A stretch of DNA of 43,056 nucleotides from Myxococcota bacterium (GTDB taxonomy: Bacteria; Myxococcota_A; UBA796; SXON01). Below, piece by piece: positions 29,034 to 36,460 of the stretch. Each line of letters starts with the position of its first letter. Position 1 is the first letter of the stretch. Position numbers and translations under genes: made by a program. The stretch spans positions 44,060 to 87,115 of the forward strand of contig JAZKFH010000007.1 in the NCBI GenBank assembly GCA_040386535.1. Reading direction: 5' to 3'. The notes below the pieces were generated by a model. The model had not been told where the DNA came from. It saw nothing but the letters and a program-made list of their open reading frames with translations, and made no database searches.

Positions 29034-29546
29034 ATGGTCCTCCTCCTCCCCTCGCTCCTGTTCGGTTGTGGGTTCACCCTCGGCGTCGAGTCCGACTTTG
29101 CCGAGGGCAGTGACGGGTGCGCGGGGGCCGGCGCCCTGGACGCCGACTTCGCGAGCACGCTCGAGCCCTCGGGCTGCCAGTACCGCATCACCGCCGTGGG
29201 CACCAATCTGCGGCTCCTGCTCGACGTCCCCGCGTTCGCGGACGCCCTGACCGACGGCGCCGCCGCCGCCACCTACACCCTCCCCGACGACACGGTCCGC
29301 CTCTCTGTCGAGGAGGGCTGCGACCTCGAGGTGGGATGGTGCGGGGTGGACGGCACCCCCACGATCTTCACGACGTACACGCCCACGGCGGGGACGGTCA
29401 CCGTCTCGGTCACCGAGGGCGCGAGCGGCGATCTGCTCGCCACCGTCACGTTCGACGGCGTCACCTTCGAGGACACCGAGGGTGCGCACCTCGCGATGAA
29501 CCCGCTCACGTGGACCGACGTGCCGCTGCACGGGATGGACGAGTGA
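29034..29546 (+). CDS. Hypothetical lipoprotein, paralog family P copy 3
   Basis: LFGC lipobox, same conserved motifs as copy 1. Confidence 0.82.
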   Translation: MVLLLPSLLFGCGFTLGVESDFAEGSDGCAGAGALDADFASTLEPSGCQYRITAVGTNLRLLLDVPAFADALTDGAAAATYTLPDDTVRLSVEEGCDLEVGWCGVDGTPTIFTTYTPTAGTVTVSVTEGASGDLLATVTFDGVTFEDTEGAHLAMNPLTWTDVPLHGMDE

Positions 29547-29602
29547 CCTTCGCGGGGATCTGGGCGGCGCCACGTAGGCGCCCCAGCGGATAGAGCCCGC
29601 CC

Positions 29603-30262
29603 ATGCTCCTCCTCCTCGCCGCCTCCGCCCTCGTCGCCAACGCCTTCGCCGGCACGATGTTCACCGCCACGCTCGACGCGCCGGTGCCGACGGTCCCCGA
29701 TCTCGACCTGCTCCCCGAGTCCGGCACGTGGCCGTGCGCCCTCACCCTCCAGATCGACAGCCTCGGCCTCGTGGGCAGCGTGGCGGTCGCGCAGGGCTGC
29801 CCCAGCGGCCTCGTCGACACCGCGCGGGAGCTCGGGAAGGGATGGCGCTGGGAGCCCTCCTCCACCGCCCGCACGGAGAGCGTCACCGTGCTCTTCACCG
29901 TGCTCGGGTTCGAAGACGCCGAGCCCAAGGCCGTGAGCACCCCCGACCGCGTGGTCTACCTGCTCCGTCCCCTCGGCGTGCTCGCCAACGAGGGCACCGC
30001 CGCCCCGGTGTTCAAGGGCAAGCCCACGAGCCCCAAGCTCCCCAAGGCCGCCACCACCGCGGGCATCAGCGCCGGCACGTGCCTCGTGCGCCTCGACATC
30101 GCCGCCGACGGGTCGGTCGCCAGGGCCCGCGCCACCCGGTGCGTGGACGCGCTCGCCGAGGCCGCCGTCGCCACCGCGAAGAAGCTCAAGCTGGACGTCC
30201 CCAAGGGCGCTACGCCGCCGAAGGAGCTCGATCTCCGCGTACGGTTCGACGCACAGGACTGA
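29603..30262 (+). CDS. Secreted protein with two TonB C-terminal-like domains
   Basis: CALTLQIDSLGLVGSV...WRWEP and PKLPKAA...CLVRLDIAADGSV...LAEAAV...LRVRF resemble TonB_C. Confidence 0.6.
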   Translation: MLLLLAASALVANAFAGTMFTATLDAPVPTVPDLDLLPESGTWPCALTLQIDSLGLVGSVAVAQGCPSGLVDTARELGKGWRWEPSSTARTESVTVLFTVLGFEDAEPKAVSTPDRVVYLLRPLGVLANEGTAAPVFKGKPTSPKLPKAATTAGISAGTCLVRLDIAADGSVARARATRCVDALAEAAVATAKKLKLDVPKGATPPKELDLRVRFDAQD

Positions 30263-30787
30263 TCACTCCTCCATGTCCTCGTCCATCGGATCGAGCGCCG
30301 CGATGCCGGTGAGCGCGTCCGTCGCCGTGCGCCCCTCCTGGTCGGTGACCGCCATGGTCAACACCAGCTCGTGCCCCGCGATCAGCTCGGGCGGCGTGTC
30401 GCGCTCGCCCTCCACCAGCGCCGTCACGTTCAGGTAGCCGTACATGCCGGGGTAGAACCCGCCACACTCCACGTCCTGCACCATCTGCACGCGGTAGGAG
30501 TTGTCCGACACCAGCGCCACCTCCCCCTCGGGGGACCTGGCCTCGATCGTGTAGTGGATCTCGACGATGGGGCTCACGTCGGTGAACCGCGCGCCCGCGA
30601 GCACGTGCCAGCCGCCCTGGGGGCCGTGCACCATGGTCAGGTCGGTGCCGTCGGCCACGGGCTCATAGGTGAGCGAGCCGCCGCCGACCTCGACCGCGCC
30701 TGGGTTGGAGAAGCACCCCCCGTCCACCGCGGTGTCGTCCGGAGCGCCGAGGGGCCCGCCACAGGCCAGGAGGAACAAGAGCCACAT
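30263..30787 (-). CDS. Hypothetical lipoprotein (HGPQGGWH motif)
   Basis: MWLLFLLAC lipobox; TATCCT 6 nt upstream of ATG 30787. Confidence 0.78.
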   Translation of the reverse strand: MWLLFLLACGGPLGAPDDTAVDGGCFSNPGAVEVGGGSLTYEPVADGTDLTMVHGPQGGWHVLAGARFTDVSPIVEIHYTIEARSPEGEVALVSDNSYRVQMVQDVECGGFYPGMYGYLNVTALVEGERDTPPELIAGHELVLTMAVTDQEGRTATDALTGIAALDPMDEDMEE

Positions 30788-30833
30788 GCCCCAAGGATAG
30801 CGGCGCGCGGGCGAGAATGCGCGATCCGCCGTC

Positions 30834-33611
30834 TCAATCCTCCCACGCCCCCGCCGACCCCGCGTCCGGCGCCGGGATCGTCGTGTCGCCGCCCGGATAC
30901 GCAACCCCGCCGAGGGTGTCGTACTCCACGCGCACGCGCCCCGCCCCGCCCGCGCCGCCATACGAGGCGTCGAACGTCGTGAGATCGTTGGCGGCGCCCG
31001 ACGATCCGTCGCCGCCCACTGCCGAGACCACCCCGTCGAGCGCCACCGCGGGCGCCGCGAGGAGGATCTGCCCGCCGCTCCCCCCGCCGCCGCCGCCCAG
31101 ATCGCCACCCGCGCCCGACACGGCCACGCCGCCGTCCCCGCCGTCGGCGCGCACCGCCCCGCTCACGTCGATCGCCACCCCGGCCCACACCGCCACGAGC
31201 CCCCCGCCGTCGCCCCCGGCGCCGGTGATGTTGGTGGTGCTGGAGCCGTCGCTGTCGTCGTCCGGCGCGCCCGCGCCCCCGCCCGACCCCACGAACCAGC
31301 TCGCCAGCGTGGCGCTGCCGTAGGCGATCCCGCCCGTCGTCACCGCGGTGCCCGCCGAGCTGCGCCCCGCGCTCCCGGCCACGCCGAAGCCGCCCCCCGC
31401 GCCCGAGTCTCCGTTGTCCTCGCGTTGCGGGTAGGAGCCGCCGCCGCCGTCGTTCGCCGCCGTCGTGCCGCGGGCGCCGAAGCTCCGGTAGGACTCGCCC
31501 TGGTACGGGTTCACGCTGTTGCCGCGCACCGCGTCGCCGCCGCGGTAGCCGAGGGCCGACGCGTCGATGGCGCCCGCCACCGTCACCGTGCCCGTGGCGC
31601 GGAACACCACGACGCCGCCGCCCGCGCCCGCCCACCCCTCCGCCGTGAGCGTCGCGCCGACCGGCACGTCCACGTCGACGTAGTGGGGCACGCGCTGCAC
31701 GAGCACCACGCTGCTGCTCGAGTACGCCTCGCTCAGCGCGGGCTCGATCGTGACCGTGCGCCCCGACACCCCCGCCACGTACACCAGTTGGTACCGGCCC
31801 GCGTCGGTGCCGCGTTGGGAGAGCACGAGCACCTCGTCGCCCTCCACCAACGCCGCCGCGTCGTCGACCACGAGCGATGTCGCGCCCGCGCTCGCCGCCC
31901 CGTCGAGCAGCGTCCACTCGTCCAGCGTCTGCGTGCCCGCCACGGTCAGGTCCCCGTCGGTCCCGAGGCCCGTGTTCGGCCCGCGGATCACCGCGGCATC
32001 GTACGGATCGCCGTCCCACGCGTTGCGGAGGCCGTCGCCGTCCAGGTCCTCGTCCGCGCAGTCCTGCGTCCCGTCGCCGTCCGTGTCGCGCGCGTCGGCG
32101 TCGTCGCAGTCGCTGGCGTTCGCGACGTAGCCGCTGGGCGCCTCGCAGCCCGGGGCCGTCACGTCGAAGTCGCCCAGCCCGTCGCCGTCCGCGTCCCGAT
32201 GCCATGTCTCCGCGTCGACCGCGTCCGCCTCGTCGACCGCCCCGTCACAGTCGTCGTCCATCGTGTTGCACGTCTCGTCGGCGCCCGGTGACACTCCGGC
32301 GGACGTATCGTCACAGTCGGTGCCGAAGAACACGTACCCCTCGGGGGCGTCGCATCCCATCGCGCGCACGGAGGCGTCTCCCCACCCGTCGCCGTCGGCG
32401 TCCCCGTAGGAGGTCACCGCGTCGATCGCGTCCCCCTCGTCGACCTCTCCGTCACAGTCGTCGTCCTCCCCGTCACAAACCTCGAGCCCCGACGGCGAGT
32501 TGTTGGCGTCGAAGTCGTCACAATCCTCCGCGGTCGCCGTGTACCCCGCGGGTTGCTCGCAGCTCGCCGCGGTCACCCGTGCGCCGCCGTAGCCGTCCTC
32601 GTCGTAGTCGAGGTACCACACGGTGGCCGGGCTCGTGGCCGCGTCTCCGTCGTCACAATCGTCGGCGTTTGCCACGAAATCGTCGGGCGCCTCGCACGCG
32701 GCCGTAGACGTACCAACGTCGCCGTACCCGTCCCCGTCGGCGTCGACGTACCAGGTCGTCGCGTCGATCGCGTCGTCCTCGTCGATCGTGCCGTCGCAGT
32801 CGTCGTCCTCGCCGTCACACCGCTCGATCGCGTCGGGCGAGACCGCGTCCGTCGCGTCGTCACAGTCGCCCGTCCGGTCCGCGTACCCCGTCGGAACGTC
32901 GCAACCCTCCTGCGTGAGCGTGTCGGTTCCCCACCCGTCGCCGTCGGTGTCGGCGAAGTACGTCGTCGTCACCGCCTCGTCCACGGCGCCGTCGCAGTCG
33001 TTGTCGAGCTCGTCGCACACCTCGGCGTTGCCCGGATACGCCGCGGCCGTCGTGTCGTCACAATCGCTCGCGTCGGCCACCGCGCCGTCGGGCGCCTCAC
33101 ACCCCTCGCTCGCCGCCTCGGCGTCGCCGAACCCGTCCCCGTCGGCATCGGCGTACCAGGTGCCGAGCTCGTCGGCCACGCCGTCACAGTCGGCATCGAT
33201 CGCGTCACACGCCTCGGCGGCGCCCGGGTACACGGCGGGGTCGCCGTCGTCACAGTCGCTCGCGTCCACGACGTAGCCGGCACCCGGCTCTCCACAGTCC
33301 TCGGAGGCCGCCGCCGCATCGCCGAACCCGTCCCCGTCGGTGTCGGCGTACCACCCGCCGGCCGGCAGGTCCTCGTCGATCGTCGCATCGCAGTTGTCAT
33401 CCACGCCGTTGCACGCCTCCGCGGCGCCCGGAAACACCGCCGCGTCGTCATCGGCGCAGTCGCCCTCCGCCTCGGTGAACCCGTCCCCGTCGACATCCTC
33501 GGGGCTGTCCGTCTCCACGACCACGGCGGTGTCGTCCTTGTCGTCGGCGGGCGCGGCCCCGTCACACGCGGCGAGCAGCACGAACGGGACGAGGAAGGCG
33601 GCGAGGCGCAT
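30834..33611 (-). CDS. Large surface lipoprotein with MopE-type putative metal-binding repeats and a Gly-rich AgmC-like C-terminal domain
   Basis: LAAC lipobox. About 8 repeats of WYADxDGDGxG...DCDD...PGAxExCxxxDDDCDGxxDE. C-terminal VQRVPHYVDV...GGVVVFRATG...GYRGG and poly-Gly segments. Confidence 0.85.
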   Translation of the reverse strand: MRLAAFLVPFVLLAACDGAAPADDKDDTAVVVETDSPEDVDGDGFTEAEGDCADDDAAVFPGAAEACNGVDDNCDATIDEDLPAGGWYADTDGDGFGDAAAASEDCGEPGAGYVVDASDCDDGDPAVYPGAAEACDAIDADCDGVADELGTWYADADGDGFGDAEAASEGCEAPDGAVADASDCDDTTAAAYPGNAEVCDELDNDCDGAVDEAVTTTYFADTDGDGWGTDTLTQEGCDVPTGYADRTGDCDDATDAVSPDAIERCDGEDDDCDGTIDEDDAIDATTWYVDADGDGYGDVGTSTAACEAPDDFVANADDCDDGDAATSPATVWYLDYDEDGYGGARVTAASCEQPAGYTATAEDCDDFDANNSPSGLEVCDGEDDDCDGEVDEGDAIDAVTSYGDADGDGWGDASVRAMGCDAPEGYVFFGTDCDDTSAGVSPGADETCNTMDDDCDGAVDEADAVDAETWHRDADGDGLGDFDVTAPGCEAPSGYVANASDCDDADARDTDGDGTQDCADEDLDGDGLRNAWDGDPYDAAVIRGPNTGLGTDGDLTVAGTQTLDEWTLLDGAASAGATSLVVDDAAALVEGDEVLVLSQRGTDAGRYQLVYVAGVSGRTVTIEPALSEAYSSSSVVLVQRVPHYVDVDVPVGATLTAEGWAGAGGGVVVFRATGTVTVAGAIDASALGYRGGDAVRGNSVNPYQGESYRSFGARGTTAANDGGGGSYPQREDNGDSGAGGGFGVAGSAGRSSAGTAVTTGGIAYGSATLASWFVGSGGGAGAPDDDSDGSSTTNITGAGGDGGGLVAVWAGVAIDVSGAVRADGGDGGVAVSGAGGDLGGGGGGSGGQILLAAPAVALDGVVSAVGGDGSSGAANDLTTFDASYGGAGGAGRVRVEYDTLGGVAYPGGDTTIPAPDAGSAGAWED

Positions 33612-33667
33612 CGGGCTCCGGGGGGCGGGAGCGGCATGATAGCGCCACCATCGTCGGTTGGGCGCGT

Positions 33668-33830
33668 CCCCTCGCTGCGCTCGGGGCCGGCCCGCTCCGG
33701 GCTCGGGCCGGAGGCCCTCGGTCGCCCGCCCGCCGCGGACGGCGGGCGGGCGGACCGGCCGCTGCGCGGCCGCCCTGCGCGCGCCTCGCGCGGGGGGTGT
33801 TGGGTCGGGGGCGGCTCTGTCAGCCGAGTC
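33668..33830. repeat. GC-rich multi-hairpin intergenic element (related to family A)
   Basis: 13-bp perfect stem cgcccgcccgccg-cgga-cggcgggcgggcg (33723-33752), further stems, and a gggtgt..gggtcgg motif. Confidence 0.55.
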
Positions 33831-33968
33831 GCGGCGCGCGCTCGAAACCGCCAGCCTTGGCGCCCGAGACGCCCTGGACATCCGCGCGCGTCGTGCACAC
33901 CTTGGCTCCCGAAAGTTGTTGCGACGGGCCGGGGGCTAGACGTCGTAGGCGCCGTGGCATTGCTCCGC

Positions 33969-34568
33969 CTATTGCGACGGCGGGAGCGTGGTCGAATCAT
34001 CCAATAGTAGTGCGGGTGGATGCCACACCGTTTCCTCTACGATTCTTCCGTTCAGGAGGCGAAACCAGGTGTCCTGCAGGACGCCCTGATCTTCTGGTTC
34101 TACTTCCTCCTCAACTGGCTGAAAGTTCTCGAGCGACGGGCGCCTGGAGCGTGGCCCTGGCGGTCTCGAACGGAACTGGAACTGATCAACGCCCGTTGTA
34201 CTTGCCGAGGGTGTGGCGTCGGGAATGAAGTCGAGCGCGTCGGCAAAAGGCCCAAGCACCGTCTCCGGTTCGCCAGCAATAACGAGCCAGTAGTTGTCCG
34301 GCGGCAAGCCGGGCCCCGTTTCGTGGACCAGCACGTCGTCATTTCCGTCCTGGTCGACATCACGTTCCAATACAATCGTCAGGGACGGCCGGCCGGGAGG
34401 TGTGGATGGTGCGGTAACCAGGACCTGGCGACGTCGACCGCGTCCGTCACGGTGGTACAGCCTGGACGGAGATGCAGATTTGTGGCTGTCGATCATGACG
34501 AACCAAGCATCCTGCACGGGATCGGGCGCAGTCAGGACTCCAGAACTGCACCCCATCAACAAGAGCAT
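33969..34568 (-). CDS. Hypothetical lipoprotein in a compositionally atypical segment
   Basis: MLLLMGC start; FG-GAP/EF-hand-like DVDQDGNDDVLV; more A/T-ending codons than the neighbouring genes. Confidence 0.5.
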   Translation of the reverse strand: MLLLMGCSSGVLTAPDPVQDAWFVMIDSHKSASPSRLYHRDGRGRRRQVLVTAPSTPPGRPSLTIVLERDVDQDGNDDVLVHETGPGLPPDNYWLVIAGEPETVLGPFADALDFIPDATPSASTTGVDQFQFRSRPPGPRSRRPSLENFQPVEEEVEPEDQGVLQDTWFRLLNGRIVEETVWHPPALLLDDSTTLPPSQ

Positions 34569-34669
34569 TTCCGTATCTACCCCAACCCGTGAACGTTCGC
34601 CACACCGGCGGCGAGCGGCCCTGCACTCGCAAACGTCTGCCAACCGCGGCGGACCTCCCGGCCGCGAGC

Positions 34670-34851
34670 CATCCCCCCGTGAACGCCCGCGGCACGGAGT
34701 CATGCCGCGTCGAACGCCCGAATTCGGGCCGTGTGGCCCGTACCGGCTACTGAAAATGCTGCTTGCTCCGTGGCCGGCGCGCGTCGCAACCCTCGAAACA
34801 GGCGTTCAAGGGCACATGACTTCGATTTAGCGGCGTTCATGGAGGCATGAC
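34670..34851. repeat. Four-site inverted element, copy B (CATG-N6-TGAACG pairs, 31-bp spacing)
   Basis: Plus-strand sites at 34670 and 34701; minus-strand sites ending at 34818 and 34849. Confidence 0.7.
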
Positions 34852-34927
34852 CCTGGACCGCCACGCCGCCGCGCCTGCACGGGTCTGTGGACAGCGAAGC
34901 CCGCGCCTGCCGCTGAGGCGAACGTAC

Positions 34928-35191
34928 ATGAACGCCCGACCCGGTCGGGCGGCCGAAGTCATCCTGCGCGCCGCAATCGTGGCAGTCGCGGGGATAGCCC
35001 TGGTCCATCCCGCTCACGCCACATTCGGGACGGCATCGATCTCCATCGACGGCGGCCCCCTTCCACCCCGCGGGCGGGTCGCCTTCTATGTTTGGGCTCG
35101 GGCTGGGAATTGCCCTGTACCCACCCGTCCTATGCAGTTCCTGCCTTCGCCGCCAAAGGTGTTGGTGTGCATCGGGGTGCCGGTCTTCTGA
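34928..35191 (+). CDS. Possible small secreted protein or gene remnant
   Basis: MNARPGRAAEVILRAAIVAVAGIALVHPAHA looks like a signal peptide (AHA cleavage); codon usage is atypical. Confidence 0.25.
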   Translation: MNARPGRAAEVILRAAIVAVAGIALVHPAHATFGTASISIDGGPLPPRGRVAFYVWARAGNCPVPTRPMQFLPSPPKVLVCIGVPVF

Positions 35192-35260
35192 TCGGACTGC
35201 TGGGGGCCGAATGAACGCGCAGCACGCGCCGGTTAACCCCCCACCTCGCCCAGGCCCGCC

Positions 35261-35929
35261 ATGATCACCGTCCACCACCTCAACAACTCCCGCTCCCAAC
35301 GGGTCCTCTGGCTCCTCGAAGAGCTCGGGATCGACTACGAGATCGTCCGCTACGAGCGCGACCCCGCGACCATGTTGGCACCCCCCGCGCTGCGCGCGGT
35401 ACACCCGCTCGGCAAGTCCCCGGTCATCACCGACGAGGATGCCACCGTGGCGGAGTCGGGCGCGATCCTCGAATACATCGTGAATCGCCACGGCGGCGGG
35501 CGCCTGGCGCCGCTGCCGAACAGTGACGAGCGCCTTCGTTACACCTATTGGTTGCACTATGCCGAGGGCTCGGCCATGCCGCCGCTGCTCCTCAAGCTGG
35601 TGTTCGGCCGCATGGCCGACGGGCCCGGGCCGTTCTTCCTGCGCCCGGTCTTGCGTGCCATCTCGGCCAAGGTGCAGAGCTCCTTCATCGATCCGCAGTT
35701 GAAGACCCACCTCGACTTCATGGAGGGCGAGCTCGCGAAGACGCCCTGGTTCGCCGGGCAGGAGTTCACCGCCGCCGACATCCAGATGAGCTTCCCGCTC
35801 GAAGCCGCGGCCGCGCGCGCCGGCCTCGACGAGAGCCGGCCCCAACTGTGGGCGTTCCTGCAGAAGATCCACGCGCGGCCCGCGTACCAGCGCGCGCTGG
35901 AGAAGGGCGGGCCGTTCGCGTTGGGGTGA
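35261..35929 (+). CDS. Glutathione S-transferase (GTT1-like bacterial class)
   Basis: MITVHHLNNSRSQRVLWLLEELG, HPLGKSPVI, AESGAILEY, WLHYAEGSAMP and FTAADIQMSFPL. Confidence 0.96.
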   Translation: MITVHHLNNSRSQRVLWLLEELGIDYEIVRYERDPATMLAPPALRAVHPLGKSPVITDEDATVAESGAILEYIVNRHGGGRLAPLPNSDERLRYTYWLHYAEGSAMPPLLLKLVFGRMADGPGPFFLRPVLRAISAKVQSSFIDPQLKTHLDFMEGELAKTPWFAGQEFTAADIQMSFPLEAAAARAGLDESRPQLWAFLQKIHARPAYQRALEKGGPFALG

Positions 35930-35977
35930 GCAGGGCAGGGGTGAGTGGGGCAGGGCGCGAGCCCGTGACCGCTCCAA

Positions 35978-36073
35978 CGTCCGAAGTGAATGGATGCGAC
36001 ATCATCCCCCCACCTTGGACGGAAATGGCGTCCCAAGTGAGGAGATGCGCGCTCATCCCCCGACCTCGGACGG
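35978..36073. repeat. Two tandem imperfect palindromes, 51-bp period
   Basis: Unit 1: cgtccgaagtgaatggatgcgacatcatccccccaccttggacgg. Unit 2: cgtcccaagtgaggagatgcgcgctcatcccccgacctcggacgg. Confidence 0.75.
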
Positions 36074-36158
36074 TCGCACCAAGCGGAAGCGCCCAAGCCC
36101 CCGTCACCCCGACCAGCCCCTGGGCTCGCGTCCGCGGCGTCGCTCGTCGGTCACATGC

Positions 36159-36446
36159 CTACGGGCACGCTCCCTCCTCGCTCCTTGCGGCCGCGGCCCC
36201 GGGTCGCCCTCGGTGCTGGACATTCTTTCCGGGCGGACCCTGACAGTCCACCCCTGCGTACCCACAAGCGAGGCCGACGCGCCGGGTCCCAACACGACCC
36301 CGTGAAGGCCGGGCGAGCTTCGCTTCCTCGTCGCGACGCTCGGCGTCGGCGTTGTCCACGTCGTTCGTCGGCAGCCCGAGGAGGAAAAACGCCACCAGCG
36401 GCACCCCCACCACGGCAACGCCCACCCCCAGGAAGCCCCCCAGCAC
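36159..36446 (-). CDS. Possible small single-TM protein
   Basis: Hydrophobic N-terminus then charged DNADAERRDEEAK; immediately downstream of the TPM gene; C-terminal part unconvincing. Confidence 0.35.
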   Translation of the reverse strand: MLGGFLGVGVAVVGVPLVAFFLLGLPTNDVDNADAERRDEEAKLARPSRGRVGTRRVGLACGYAGVDCQGPPGKNVQHRGRPGAAAARSEEGACP

Positions 36447-36460
36447 TCCTCACCCCACCA

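Noticed and set aside
34020..34592. 190-aa plus-strand ORF in the atypical island
   Set aside because: It overlaps the more plausible minus-strand lipoprotein ORF and has no motifs.
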